A stretch of 64,000 nt of DNA from the human T2T-CHM13v2.0 reference genome, Homo sapiens. The translations under genes and the position numbers were made by a program. Where the stretch lies: NCBI RefSeq assembly GCF_009914755.1, contig NC_060936.1; one strand, 5' to 3'. The notes below the pieces were generated by a model that saw nothing but the letters and a program-made list of their open reading frames with translations, was not told the DNA's origin and searched no databases. Shown here piece by piece: positions 1 to 14,039 of the stretch (position 1 is the stretch's first letter; every line of letters starts with the position of its first letter).

Positions 1-290
1 TGAAAAGGTAAACTGACACTTGTTACCTTTTAAAATTTCTCTGATGTGAGAGTTTAGGGGAAAGATTCCATGGGCACTAGAAGCAGAGGTGGTGGGACAT
101 TGCTGGTGGCAAATTCTGGTGTGGAGTTGTTTCTATTCAGTGGTTGGCCTTTCTTTCTTTATGTGTGCTGTTATTCTTGTAAATCTGAGCAAAAGCAAGA
201 ACTTCATTTAACTTAATATTCAGCTTAGACAAGAATATGGCCATTTCCAAAACAAATGTTCTGTGGACATTTCGAAAAAATAGTGAATAA

Positions 291-640
291 GACCAGGTAC
301 AGTGGTTCACACCTGTAATCCCAGCAATTTGGGAGACCAAGGCAGGAGGACAGCTTGTGTACAGGAGTTCAAGACCAGCTTCGGCAACATGACAAAACCC
401 TGTCTCTACAAAAAACAAAAAATAAAAAAATTAACCTCACATAGTGGCACGTGCCTTTAGTCTCAGCCACTCGAGAGGCTGAGCTGGGAGGATCACTTGA
501 GCCTGGGAGGTCAAGGCACCAGTGAGCAGCCATTGGGCTACTGCACTTCAGCCTGGGAGAAAGAGAGAGAGAGAGAGAGAGGAAGGGAGGGAGGGAGGGA
601 GGGAGGGAGGAAGGAAGGAAGGAAGAAAAAAAAATAAACA
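291..640 (+). mobile_element. AluJ-type SINE with tail decayed into (GA)n/(GGGA)n/(GGAA)n
   Basis: Both Alu arms and A-rich linker are visible; J-type motif GGAGGATCACTTGAGCCTGGGAGGTCAAGG; purine microsatellite from ~560. Confidence 0.9.
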
Positions 641-2716
641 AAAAATATGATCTGATTGCGCTGTGTTAGATGTCGCTGTGAGTATTTGCAAGATTCTATG
701 GGTGGTGAGGCTGAGTAAAGCAGGAAATCTCGAGCTTGTAGTAACTGGCCTTGCTGTGCTGGTGGCTGACTGAGACTGTCTTAGTCCAGCAAGCCTGCTT
801 GGTCATCTCAGTTTAGGACAGAATACCATCCAATGGCTCGTAATAGTCTCTTTGCTGTGAGTGTAACAACTCTTTTAAATTGCATAGGAAAGAAAGGCAG
901 CATGGTAGCTGAGTTAGTCACTCTCCTGCCCCTCCTACAATTTTCATATTTGCTATCCTGCTATATTCTTTTTAAGTCATAAAAGTTTTGTTCATGGCCA
1001 TTGTCACTGGAAAAGCTGCTTTGGTTCCTCTCGATGTTGTGGCAGTTTGAGAAGATAGTTCTGGCCTCACCATCACACTCTGCAATTCAGGCCACGTCCA
1101 TACATCTCCTAAATATCCCATGTGTCATTGTGCCCCTTCCCAAATCTGTTCTGACTGAGCACCCAATCTCTGAGTGTCTGGAAGCCAGAAGCCCACACTA
1201 AGGAGTGAAAACCTACAGCAGAAATTCTCCTGGGATCAACTTTCCTCTGCCCAGAATGGGGGAGGCCTGGATCCTAATCTCAAGAAGAAGTAACTATTTC
1301 GAGTCCTTCCTATTAAAAGAATATTTCCTAAACCATATTCATATGCCACCACCATAATGATTGCCAATTCCATGGACCTCTTGCATTCACCTTCTTGATA
1401 CTTTTCTTTAAGTAAACCAACTTTATAACTTAACAACAAATGCTAGCTTAATTCAAAGTCATAAATACGATCACATAATATCATGCTCTTTAGTATTTTT
1501 AATACGCATAAAAATAATTAACTATTAAAATGAAATGTTTATCCGTGTACCCCCTGACATTATTCTGAATATCAACACATTTTAATTCTGCCCTAAGAAC
1601 ATGTCTCCTGTTTCTTATTCTAGTTGGCCAGCTTTATGTCTCTAAATTCAAGTAGGATCCAGTCCGTGGTTCTCTCAATTTCTTTCCGAGGGTCTGTTTG
1701 AATCACAGTCTTTTGTGTTTCTGCCTATTTTTTTAAAATACTTTGGTTGGTCTTTTCCTTTTGCAGCAGAGACCTCAGAGGTTAGTTCTTAGGAAACAGA
1801 GCTGGGTCCTCAGAAACATCCTTCCTCCTTTAACTTGTTCAAAGGAGCCCCTCAGCCTCCATCTATTTGTTGATTTTTGAAAACCTTAACAATGCTGAGT
1901 TCTGTGTTTCCTCACATTTCATTTTCTCCTAGTCAGAGGTTGAATTTAAGTTTACCTCTATCGTAAGAACTTCAAGGTAGACAGAAGAGCCTTAAAGTTG
2001 TGTCCTCCAGTATAAAAGTTGTAAGAGCGGTTAATTTCTTCTCATAGTCTAAAATTAGACCTGGGAACTTTTGAAGGAGACTGCCCCTGAAGTTATTGAT
2101 AGTGTTGATATGAAACAAATGATATCGCATGATAAATGCTTATGTTTTTTAATTTGGAAGTTCCAGTTAAGCATGACGTATTTCTTGGTTGTGGAGACCA
2201 CTTTTTCAAGATGAAATTAGCTCAATAGCTGCCTGGAATGTCGATGCGATCTGTGTATGATGTGAGCCTTGCAGAAGCTAAACAAGTGGAAGGGCATTGG
2301 CAACAAACCAGGGTTTGAAAAGAACTGCAGCAACCTATCCACATTTTGATGCATTCATATTCCTCTTCTCTGCAGGGGAATATGAATGCATTTAAAATGT
2401 TAATGGAGGAATATGAATACATCAAAATGTGAATGAGTTGTTGCCCTTGGTTGCCTTTGACTCTGCATATTATTTGCTATTCCTACACTCGTCATGGCAG
2501 AAGGGAGACATGAATCACTGCATCGGGCGTTGGTGTCCTCGTGTGTGTACGCTGAAGAAGAATTGCCCTGGAAATTCCCTGGGTCTTTTCTCTTTCCTAC
2601 AGAGAGCCTAAAATAGAGCCCAATGAGCTGGGACCCTTACTGTCATAACCTAAGAGAGGTGATTCAGCCCATGGTGGGCTTTGTCCCATTGTTGCAGTCT
2701 TCTTGGTTGAGTTCAC

Positions 2717-3224
2717 TGATGGTTAATTTCGTGTCAACTTGACTAGGTCATGGGGTGCTCAGTTTAGTAAATAGCATTTCTGAATGCGGTTTGTGTCTAT
2801 ATGCTGACTGTGTCTGTGAGGGTATTTTTGGATGAGATTAGCATTTGACTTGGCCGACTGCAGATAGCCTTCTTAAATATGACTGGGTGGGTGTCATTCA
2901 ATCCTTTGAGGGTCTGAATAAAAGAAAAGGGTTGAGGAAGGTTGAATTGGTTCTCTCAGCCTGACTGTCTGAGCTGAGACATTGGGCTTCTCTTACCCTT
3001 GGGCTGGGACTCAGGCCTTTGACTTTGGATTGGAATTTGCAACACTAGCTTTCCTAGATCTATCGCTTGCAGATTGCCCATAGTCATGAAAGACAATTCC
3101 TCACAATTATCTATCTATCTGTCTTCTATCTATCTATGTATCTATCTATCTATCTATCTGCCTACCTATCTATCCATATCTAGTCTCCTATTTGTTCTTT
3201 GTCTGAAGAAATCTGGTTAACACA
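2717..3224 (+). mobile_element. MLT2 (ERVL) solo LTR containing a (TCTA)n microsatellite at ~3108-3173
   Basis: Starts TGATGGTTAATTT..GTGTCAACTTGACTAGG, contains GGATGAGATTAGCATTTGA, ends ..CTGGTTAACACA, as in MLT2 consensus. Confidence 0.85.
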
Positions 3225-3741
3225 AATTTCATCCATAGGACTTTGTTTACATTATCCCCTGCCTAGCCTGCTAAATATATCACTTTGGAAGACAATAGCC
3301 CTTGGCTCAACTGTCACTTTTGCTACTGCATGATGATGGGGGTTTCTTCTCAGCACACCATGACAGGAGGTTACAGTTTAGCCTGCTGCTCAGGGGAAAC
3401 CCCTGTGGTCTGCAGGCCACCATGTTCGAGCAATGTTAATACTTTGCTGGGCAATACCCAATTCTGTCGGAAACCTGGGACCTATGTAAATTGAGGGGAT
3501 CTAATTAATTAGCTGTGATATGCTTGTCATAATTTTAATGTGTACATTAATAATACATTATACCGTGACTCCACAATGAATCGAGAATTCCAAGGAGCTG
3601 TGTTCTTCTTTGCATTACTTTGAAATCATCATGAGGCACCTCTAAAAGTGTGAAGCACTTATTAGCATCCTGTATAAGATCCTTGTTCGTGGTGTCATCA
3701 CTCTTCAACAACACAGGAAATTTGGTTTGATTTCCAGGGAA

Positions 3742-4034
<293 letters not shown>

Positions 4035-4558
4035 TCCAGGGAAGGTCTTAAAAGGACTATTAAAGATCCCTACAAAGCACCTCTAAGAAATTATTTTATA
4101 TAGTAGAGATTGTGCATTAGCTAAAGGCGAAGGTGTCAATTGAAGTGATAATATAAATTATGGTAATATGAAAATAAACTATGTTTTGTGTGTCCCAGGA
4201 CTGTATGCCTTTTGGGTAATAGAGAAAGAAATGTATTAGAATCCAGACTTTGGAAAAAAAATTCATTGGCAATCTGGAACCTTGTGCCTAGTGGAGTAAA
4301 ATCAGCATGGATGAACGTAAAGTTCTGTAATTAGGTCCAACAATTACTTTGCATCATGAGAATGTGGCAGATGTAGCATAATAATAACATGTGAGTATGT
4401 GTGAAAAATCCTAACACAATCTTTGGTATCAGTAATTAGTGTATGTCATCAGATCATCTTTGTTGAACAGGTTTTACTGGATGAAGACCTGTCTTGATAC
4501 TTTAGGGATTAGGATCCAAGTCTTCTTCAGATTTCATGAAATGTTTTTGTTCCAAATA

Positions 4559-4573
4559 TATAGATAGACAGAC

Positions 4574-4612
<39 letters not shown>

Positions 4613-4620
4613 GATAGAGA
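4559..4620. repeat. (GATA)n/(GACA)n tetranucleotide microsatellite
   Basis: Direct reading of tandem GATA units. Confidence 0.95.
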
Positions 4621-4728
4621 TATATAAATTACCTTCTTTGTGTAGGGAAATGTACCAAGACAGTTACTATCATGAAATTTACGTGGTTCTTCCTTAGGCG
4701 ATTGCAGTCAAACTAATGATTTTGAATG

Positions 4729-4963
4729 GCTAGCATTTAGTGAGCACGTAAGTGCCAGATGCTAAGCACACGAGAGGTATTGGCTCATTTCATCCACACG
4801 AGCTTTTGAATCAGGTAATTCTACTTATGACAACACTTATAGATGAGAAACACAGAGTCATGGAGAGGTGAAGTAACTTACCTAAGGCCACACGGTTTGA
4901 GCATGGTGGAGCCAGGGGTTCCGCTATGCTTTCTAGCTCCAGAGCCAAATCTATTCACCACTG
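4729..4963 (-). mobile_element. MIR SINE
   Basis: Reverse MIR core: AGATGAGAAA..GAGAGGTGAAGTAACTTACCTAAGGCCACAC..GGAGCCAGG..CTCCAGAGCC. Confidence 0.8.
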
Positions 4964-5223
4964 GCCATTAATGAAGTGCCACTCAGCATGATCATGCAGG
5001 GCCTCAGGGCCTGGGGGTTGCCCTTATGAAAGAGTAGCAAATACCCCTCCTCTATTTCTCCACAAAGGAACTAGTTAGCTGATGATGTGCTAGTTATAAA
5101 TTTGCAAGATGCCTTTCTCCTTCCAACTATATCACCTGGAAAGCATGACTTCTTCTCTTTGCCAAGTTTTTTTGAATGTCTTCACAGGAAGGAAGAACAC
5201 AGCTATGGCTTTCATAGTGTGAC

Positions 5224-5361
5224 TATAAGGTGATATATAAACATATACGGTTCTGGATATAAGGTGATATATAAACATATACGGTTCTGGATATAAGGTG
5301 ATATATAAACATATACGGTTCTGGATATAAGGTGATATATAAACATATACGGTTCTGGATA
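5224..5361. repeat. Minisatellite, 34-bp unit x4, perfect
   Basis: TATAAGGTGATATATAAACATATACGGTTCTGGA at 5224, 5258, 5292, 5326. Confidence 0.97.
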
Positions 5362-6084
5362 ACTGGTGAGCTCGTGTATTTATGTGTTAGTAATTGTATT
5401 GTTCATCAATAATTTGTGGCTTCTTAGGGTCCCAGAAGCATATCATACATTATCAGCTGGGGATGTACTCTTTCTTCCATAAGACTAAGAAAAGTACAAT
5501 TATGGTCACCTTGACGATAGTGCTTGCCAACTTCTCTCTGCAAGCATTCAGTTTTTCAGCTTTCAGTTTCAGCTTCACTAGGCACTAACGAGATGCTAAA
5601 GAATTATAAAAGAGATTTCACATTTGAAAGCCTTCCCTACACCCAAGGAAACATCTTGTTTCCAAACTTAGTCTGTGATGAGTAAGGCGAGGCTGAGTGT
5701 CTTCTGACAGATGTGCTCTCAGAGGAAATTTAAAGTTACCTGCTGCTTGCCTGGAAATATGCAGGGAGCTCCTTTCCTAGAAATAGAATCTGATGTCACC
5801 TCTGGAGAAAATCACTGGCTTTGAAATAGCAGTGAATTTCCTGGGTTAATATGCAACAGCTACAAAAAGAAGAGCTCTGATACCAAGGTTGCCTTAAATG
5901 GTAGAATTTACAAAGATCTCCCAGGGAGCAGTGGCTGAGCCAGAATTAGAAACCAATTACACTTGACTCCAAGATCCCTGTTAATCCACAATGGTGGGCA
6001 TCGTCTTGTGGCACTGATATTCTCTACTGATAGATCACATGGGCTCCTTAGGGGAAGGGAACACATGCTTTTCATTTGAATAAT

Positions 6085-6235
6085 ACTTATTGGATATTTA
6101 TAAAATATCTTCTAAGTGCCAGGCAGAGTGGTGAGCGATGATGATACACAAGATTGACAAGGTCCCTGCTCTCCTGGACTTGCCATCTTGAGAATAAGGA
6201 CAGGCCAAAAGGCCAACAAATTAATAGGTTATAAC
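6085..6235 (-). mobile_element. L2 3' end fragment
   Basis: AAGTGCCAGGCA..ACAAGATTGACAAGGTCCCTGCTCTCCTGGACTT resembles the reverse L2 3' end. Confidence 0.6.
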
Positions 6236-7124
6236 ACACCCAGCCAGCATCAAAAACAGCAGTGCCTTGCAAATAATATTCGCCCCACAAATTCAGGTGG
6301 GATAGGATTGAGTGGACATAGGTAGGATGCTAAGGAAGACTGATGCTCACTGAGTTCCTGCAGCCCTTTTACTTTGGCCATGAGGATGTCATCCATTCAT
6401 CCTTTCAGTTGACATTTGCTGAAAACATATAGCTCACCGGACAGACACCATGAGAGGTAGTGAAGCTAAAGAGATCGATGAGAGATGAGGCCTGAATCTC
6501 TCAGAGGGTCCAGCTGTCTCTCCAATGTACTGTCAGACAATTTTGGTGGTTGTTATTGTCATGCGACTAAAAATACCTAAGAGTTAGCTTCAACCCACAT
6601 GCAAATGCCATTCATTTATGGCACAAATAAGAAGAAAAATAAATGCAAATCTAGGTCACATTCTGTCCTCACAAACTTCTTGGTGGCATCACAAGAAGAA
6701 AAGAAACTCACGTTGATCTGACATTTAGAATTAAGGGAGTTCAGCAGAAGTGAAAGAATCAGGACTCTGATGGCAAGGGGAGGAAGCTGCTGGGCATGGA
6801 ATCTTGATTCCCTATCGTGCTGGAAGAAATCCTGCTGTAGGAAAGTTTTATTTACCTTTCTAAAAGGGTCTGCATCACTAACCTATGTGCTTCCCTTTAA
6901 GCAAATGTTTAGAAACATCAGGGGCTCCTCCTTCTTGGACCAAGATCAGGGGGCATCAGGCCTAGTGGTCCCTGAGCAGCCACTCTGCCCCAGCTCCGGC
7001 ATCTCGGAAGCCCATCTTCCACTCTGTATCTTGGAAGTTCATTTCAGTTCATAAATCCACAAGTGCATAAAACCGGAAGGCTTTCCATCTACCCCACTCT
7101 GCTCAAGACTTCAAGTGAATTTTT

Positions 7125-7218
7125 TTTTTTTTTTTTTTTTGTTTGAGACGGAGTCTTGCTCTGTCACCCAGGCTGGAGTGCAGTGGCGCGATCTCGGCTC
7201 ACTGCAAGCTCCGCCTCC
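7125..7218 (-). mobile_element. Severely 5'-truncated AluY (3' ~75 bp plus poly-A)
   Basis: ACTGCAAGCTCCGCCTCC (Y diagnostic); TSD GTGAATTTTT at 7115 and 7219. Confidence 0.9.
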
Positions 7219-7809
7219 GTGAATTTTTAAGACATGAGGGTAACAGGCCAATACTTCAAAACCACCTAGCTTACTCCTTATGTTGCAACTCATCCTGCCC
7301 ATCTTTGGAGATAAAAAAACAAGTAAATGATAGAAAGATTATTTATATTCCTGGAAGACAAAACTCAAAAACAAATAAAACTTAAAACCCAGCACTTAAA
7401 AAAATTATAAAGTGGTCCCAGAATACATGTAGCTCCCAATCTGTCGACTCTTCAGAATTAAAACATGTACCAGTGTAAGATTTTTTTATGCCCTCTGGAG
7501 TTAAGCTCATAACAAAATTGGCCATACTGTCAATGGAAGAAAGAATTTGACTTTTAAAACCACATTCCAAGATTCCAAAAAATCAAATAATACACTTGAT
7601 CTAAATTAATTGTGGGCATCTCATTTCTTATAATGATGTTGATGGCGATGATGACTATAGTTATTGATATTAATTTTTACCTTGTTCCAATCACTGTGCT
7701 CAGCACTTCCTCCACACATCTCACTTGACCTTTCAAATCATTCTATGGGTCAGACTCTAATGTGATCTTCATTTCACAGATCAGAGAGATTACTAAAATA
7801 AAGCCACTC

Positions 7810-8614
7810 AAAATGTTCTGGAGGTCAGAAGTCTGAAGTCAGCCCCATTGGACTAAAATAAAGCAGTCTGCAGTCACGTTCCCTTTGGAGGATCTAAGGG
7901 AGAATCTCTTTCCTTTCCTTTCCATGCTTCTAGAGGCTGCGTAGATTCCTGGGCCCACGGACACTTTCTCTGTCTTCAAAGCCAGCAAAGTCAGCAGGAG
8001 TCTTTCTCATGCTGTCATCTTTCTTGTTCTGCCTCCTGTGTCCACTTATAAGCACTTCTGTGATTACATTCAACCCATCTGAGTAACGCAGGATAATTTC
8101 TGCATCTCCATTGTATTAGTCCATTTTCACGCTGCTGATAATGACATACCCAAGACTGGGCAATGTACAAAGGAAAGAAGTTTAATGGAGATCTCACAGT
8201 TCCACGTGGTTGGGGAAGCTTCACTATTATGGTGGAAGGCAAGGAGGAACAAGTCATATCTTATGTGGATGGCAGCAGGAAAAAAGAGAGCTTGTATAGG
8301 GCAACTCTCGTTTTTTTCTTAAACCGTCATATCTCCAGCACGGGAAGACAGCATGGGAAAGACCCACATCCACGATTCAATTACCTCCCACCACATTCCT
8401 CCCACAACATGTGGGAATTATGGGAGTTACAACTCAAGATGAGATTTGGGTGGGGACACAGCCAAACCATATCATCCATGTCTGCTGATTAGCAACCTTA
8501 ATTCAATCTGCATCCTTACTTTCTCCATGCAAACTAACAAATTCATAGGCTATGGAGATTAGGACATGGAAATATTCGGGATGGGGTGGGGGTGGCATTA
8601 CTTTGCATGTCACA
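7810..8614 (-). mobile_element. MLT1C/D-type MaLR LTR, split by a THE1 LTR
   Basis: GTTCTGGAGGTCAGAAGTCTGAA..GGGAGAATCT..TTCTAGAGGCTGC..; resumes after 8479 with GCTGATTAGCAACCTTAATTC. Confidence 0.8.
8112..8474 (-). mobile_element. THE1 (B/C-like) solo LTR
   Basis: TGTATTAGTCCATTTTCACGCTGCTGATAA...GGGGACACAGCCAAACCATATCA; perfect 5-bp TSD TCCAT (8107-8111, 8475-8479). Confidence 0.93.
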
Positions 8615-9611
8615 AGCAGAGAACAACTGAGAGCTTCTATGATTCCAGATGAGCATGAAGAATGAAGGAGGAGTCAGGTATCTCCAGAATTGGAAAGAGT
8701 GCAAATATGTCCACCTGGGCTTCCAGGCTAATTGCCAACACCTTGCAGGGAGCTCACACACACACTTTTCAAAGAATAGGTCAAGGCTTCATCAAATGTC
8801 AGCTAGTGTCAACTCTTGAGTTAGGAAAAACTTAACTTCCTGCAACCCTTGCTGTCTTCGTTGTAAAAAAAAAACCTCTTTACTGGAAAGAATAGTGTTC
8901 TAAGATGGGACCAAAACAGTGGGAACCATCAGCACTTACAAACAGCTACCCTGGAAGGCTGGCCTGTCTTCTCGGCCATTTCTGTGGCCATATTTAATCC
9001 ACTGATCAGATGACTACTGGTCAGTCTTTCTTCAGAATGTCCATGTCCTATGTTACATGTCAGTGCAATTGTCAAGATGTCAAGAGAGAGAATTTGACAG
9101 CCTCCACAGATGTGACTAACAGCACCTTATAAAGTCAAGTAAAAGAAGCCCAGTTATGGCTGAACACCACTCAATCATGACCCCTAGTGAGCACTGAAGG
9201 GGAAAGGATGCTTACTTATGTCTTCAATTCACTTTGGAAATACTGTCCTGGTTTAGTTAACTGACCCTCGTGGACTGTTATCCAAGGAACCAAAGGAATG
9301 CTTGTTAAGAGCAGAGGGGAAAAAAAAGCATACTGTCTTACATTTTTATTCTGTTTTGCACATTACGAATGAACAAGGTGATGTCCTTATTCATTCACCT
9401 GGACATCTAGTGTCAGACATTGCTTGGTGACATCAACATTTATTAATCGACTGATGTGACTATTGAATTGTATTCTTATAATAATCTCATGAAGTTGGCT
9501 GAGCAATTACTATCATGCTTTCTTAAGAGGGCTTTGCCATTCGGAGTGATTGACTTGCTGGAGGTCCCAGAGTTAATGGCCAGAACAGGAACCATGGTCC
9601 CTGTATTAGAG

Positions 9612-9840
9612 ACAGTGGTGGTGAAGAGCATGGGCCCTAGAGCCAGATCTCCTGAGTGCAAATCCCAGGTCTACCATATGTTACCTGTGTGATCTGAGGC
9701 AAAGTGTTTAGGCATTCCATTTTTCAGTGTTCTCATGTATAATCTGAGGATAATAATGTCACCTATCTCATTTTTAAGGGGATTAATGAACTAATATATG
9801 TATGGTACATAGAACTATGCCTATATGCAATATAAATATG
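9612..9840 (+). mobile_element. MIR SINE (a weaker reverse MIR lies just upstream, ~9410-9595)
   Basis: GTGAAGAGCATGGGCCCTAGAGCCAGA..CAAATCCCAGG..TGTGTGATCTGAGGCAA..GAGGATAATAATG. Confidence 0.8.
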
Positions 9841-10100
9841 AAATCTTCTTATTCCCCAGCATCTTTTATCCTGCATAATATGACCTCTTCACAGAGATTG
9901 GGCATGGTGAAGTGAGCATTTAATATTCTTTCCTTATATACGTTTCCTTCTGTTTCTCTTTGCGAACAACTCCTCTGATACCCCATGGCTTCTGAAGGGC
10001 TGGATTCCAGGGTAGCCATAGATGAAACATGGCCAGCCAGCACTCCATCTTCCTGGCCAAAGTGAGTAGTTCAGAAATGGACATATCCAAGTTTTACCAC

Positions 10101-10779
10101 TGTGATCTGAGAGACCAACCTAGACACCCCCTTATCAACAAAGATGACCCTAACGTTAATGAAACAAGTTACCTATGTTTCCACGGTTCAGGGCTTGGCT
10201 GGCCTGGCAACTTCCTAAATTCCTAGGGCTCCAAAAAAGTTCACACTATCACTAAACTCCCTAACTGTAGGAGCTGTCAGGCAAATTAAATCAGTGTTGT
10301 ACTTAACTCTGATTTATACACCAGACCTCTACAACTCTGATTGGACAGAGGACTGGCCTTGCAAACATTATTTTCCAGTAAGCAACTGCTGACTTTAAGC
10401 TGGTTTATAGAGGCTACGCATAAACCGTCATCAAGCCCTATAGCTTACCTTTTGATGTAAGAAGCCAAATTCCACATCATTTGAATGCTAAAACCCCTCT
10501 CCAAAGTGAACATGGGATATATGTAACATATATGCTTACCCATTGTGTGTGCACTCAGTTCCCTGCATAAATATGTGTAGCTTTTCGCTTTTCCTGGAAT
10601 CCTTCTGTATATATACGACTCCATTGTGTGAGGTATGAAAGCCAACCGACCCCTTCCCTCTTCTGAGAGAGAGCACCTTTAGCACACACCAGAGACATTT
10701 CTTCCTGATTTGCAAACTGATATCACCAATAAAACTCTCATTTCTACTATTTAGCCATCCTGGTGGTCTTTGGAGAACA
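10101..10779 (+). mobile_element. MER39/MER39B-type ERV1 solo LTR
   Basis: TGTGATCTGAGAGACCAA.., CTCTGATTGGACAGAGGACTGGCCTT, AATAAA at ~10728, ends TGGTGGTCTTTGGAGAACA. Confidence 0.8.
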
Positions 10780-11727
10780 TCATGCAAAGACTTTGCTAGG
10801 ATTACGTTAAAATTCTTAGGGAATGGGGTGCTTTCTTAAAGCAGGGCTTTCTAACCTGAGAGGAGGCAAGCCCAGGACTGCCAGGGCTATCATCAGAAGA
10901 GATGTAGCCCAATGGTGATCCTCATAAATGTAAAGCAGACACAAAAGATGAAAGGAGATGAAAACCTGGGCACGTTGTGCATACCCATGTGAGTGACGCT
11001 AGGGTGGAGATGAGCTGACACAGGGTTTGGCCAGAAGAGGGAAGAGAAAAGCCCATGACTGTATTTAATAAGAAAGGAGGAAAGCTGGGAGGCTTGCCGG
11101 TTTAGAGTGCCACATAAAAGGATGTCTGTGTGCAAGAACATCACTGGAAAATCAGTACTTTGGAGATGACAAAAAGAAAAATGAATAAATTAATTCACAA
11201 TGAAATCATAAAATATTCCATAGTAACAAAAGGCTAAAAATGTAGTCTAGAATTCCAATATACAACGTAAGAAACACAGTTCATAAAATTGTATTCTATG
11301 TTGGAAATTTGCTAAGAGAGTTTAAGTACTCTTAACCACGCACACAGAAAAGAAAAATATAAAAGGAAGTAAAGTAACTGTAAATATATTTGAGGTAGAT
11401 GAACCAATTTTCTATTTCTGGGAAGCCAACAAGCACTATGTTTGCATCATGATGGCAATGAGGCCTAGATTTGTACCAGTTAATTTATTAGAGTTAAACA
11501 AGCAAACAAACCCATATCTTTTTCTTTCCACTGGCATCTGGAGTCATATTTTCAGAAGTTTCTTTAGGTTCTAAGCAGCAGCTTATGAGAATGGCTTATT
11601 TTGGTCAGTAAAGCATTTACATACACATCAATAATTCATTCATAATTGCTGGCTGAAATTGAAAAGTTTGCAGATGTCAATGAAAGGCTCTATTTCCAAC
11701 TTGTCTTGAAAAATCAGGAGCTCTATA

Positions 11728-12022
11728 ATGCTAAGTGAAATAAGCCAGTCATACAACAAGAGTTACTGCACAGATTCCACTTATATTCAAGGAATATCGA
11801 AAATAGTCAAATTCACAGAAGCGGAGAGCATAATGGTGGTTGCCAGGAACTGGGGAGAGGAGAAAATGTGGAGCTGCTATTCAGTGGGTGCAAAGTTTTA
11901 GTTATACCAGATGAAGGAGCTCTAGAGATCTGCTATACAACATTGTGCCTGCAGGTATATTGTATACCTTTAAAAATTAAGAAGATACATCTTATGTCAA
12001 ATGTTGTTACCGCAATTTAAAA
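11728..12022 (+). mobile_element. Old L1 (L1MA/L1MB) 3' end
   Basis: ATGCTAAGTGAAATAAGCCAGTCA..GATTCCACTTATA..AATGGTGGTTGCCAGG..CTAGAGATCTGCT. Confidence 0.85.
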
Positions 12023-13559
12023 TACACACACACACAGACACTGGTGTCAACATCCTGCAGTGAGTGCTGGCTGCCCCTAGGGATGGACGTTCTAATCCCA
12101 GATAGGCACACACCCTACATTGCCAATTAAATAACATCAGATCTGCTTCTCTGATTGATGTTACCTGTCCTGTCCCTGCAGAGATTTTTGCTTTTAACTG
12201 CTGCTCATTTATTTTCACTAGCACCTGGTAAGACTCTCTGTGTATATAATGGTCTGGAAAATTTTGCCTATCGCACAATTGTTAAATGTATTTACATGTA
12301 ATGAATAGCACTATTGTAATTTATCACTAGTGAGAATCTAGATTTTATATATAAGAGTTGTTTAGAGTATGGAGTAACTATAATGTCTTCATGACACTGG
12401 TGAGAGTTGGGAGCTCAACATCCCAGGTTGTTCAGGACAAAGGCTTTTATACCCATGGATTCCAAATAGCTTTCCCCATAGTAGAATGAATTCAAAGTCC
12501 AATAAAGGAGTGTATTCTGTTGAATCATCCTATTATATTTAAGGGATTACTCCTGCACCAAGCTTGCCTCCATGAACCATGTGAGCCTGGCTTGATGATC
12601 AATTGCTTGGCTCCTCTTTGGAGGTATTCACTAGAGTGTAAGTTTTAAAATTCAACTTCTCTTTGCTGTGGGCAGCATTAGCATGCTTCTGCCAAGTGTT
12701 TTCAACATAGTTCTTTAAATAAATATTCTTCAACAAAAATTTGGAAAATGTGAATCCTATAGACCTTTTCTTTCTCTTTTTCCTTTGAAGAATTTCCTGT
12801 GCAAACCCTGAACACTTAAGCTTGTTGTTTCAGTGTTTGTGCCAATGGCACATAATTAAAAATGCTTCTATGAGCAGCAGGCTCTGCATTAGCAGTGATC
12901 CAAAGGATGCAAGAAGCACATTGGTACCATATGTCAGGCTTTACCAAGGCAAACAGGTCTTGATCCCTTTTGTGGCAATCACTTAATGAATTAGGAGTGC
13001 CTGGATCATTTTCTAAGCTAGCATGTGCTGATGATGTCTTTTAATCTCCAAAAGTCAGGGATAAAATGATAAAAATAAAGGAGCTCATGAGATGTGTCAG
13101 TAGCTGGTCAAGATAGAATAACAGGGACTAAATGTAACCATTTACTTGAAATAACTAAAGAAATGGTTAAAATAAAATAAAATAAAACAACTGCTTTCAG
13201 TCATTGGGCATTAGATGGTACAGTATATTAATCCCTGTGTTAAGGAAAGCAAATTAATTGAGTCCTATCATTGTTCCAGCTTATTTCCTGGAGAACATTA
13301 CCAAGGCACAACTCAGAGAGGGGAATCCAAGCAGAGCCCAGTAGTTTTCAGATTTGAGAAGATAGACATGGAAATCCAAAGAGACCAAGGCAGCTGGAGC
13401 TCATAGGATGCCGTAGACAAAAGAGGTGGTTTTTGTTTGTTTGTTTCTGTTTTTGTTTTACAGGGAGAGAGGAGACATTTCTCATTCCCACAGAGAGTTC
13501 CTTTCAAGTCTTCAGCTAAGTGCTGATCAATGTATGAATGCAGAGAAATGGTCTGAGCT

Positions 13560-13865
13560 GTGGGAAGGACCAAAGGGTGAGAGGGAAGCGTGGATGAAGA
13601 GAGGCTGGTCAATGAGTACAAAAATACAATTAGAAAGAATATATGATTTAGTATTTAATAGAGTATGGTGACTATAGTTTACAATAATTTCTTGTGTAGT
13701 TCAAAATAACTAGAAAAATGGGAATATTCCTAATGTAAGGAAAGAAACTGTTAGAGGTAATAGACATCCTAATTACCCTGACTGGATCATTACGCACTGT
13801 ACGCCTATATCAAAATATCACATGTACCCCCCAAATATGTTCAACTATTATGTATCAATTAAAAA
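13560..13865 (+). mobile_element. L1MA 3' end
   Basis: GGTGACTATAGTT..ATCCTAATTACCCTGA..ATCAAAATATCACATGTACCCC..TATTATGTATCAATTAAAAA. Confidence 0.85.
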
Positions 13866-14039
13866 CTGGGAATGACAGTTCATATCTTACAGAGTTAGTA
13901 TAAGAACTTAAATACAATAATGGAGACTAGTATATTAAAAAAGGGAGAGATGCAGGGGGAAATATTATTCTCACACAGTGTCAGAAATGGTTTGTGTTTC
14001 CACCAATGAAAATGGAGAAACTGACTAGTACATGGAGCA

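Noticed and set aside
1330-1560. Possible hAT-Charlie-like DNA transposon remnant, and other faint MIR/L2/MLT1 remnants (e.g. ~18330-18780, 37440-37630, 39700-40300, 41250-41470, 42140-42600, 49600-50030, 56260-56830)
   Set aside because: Similarity too weak to give family or boundaries reliably without RepeatMasker.
5224-5361. CRISPR-like array (also considered for 52220-52451)
   Set aside because: Units are contiguous with no unique spacers, and the DNA is human.
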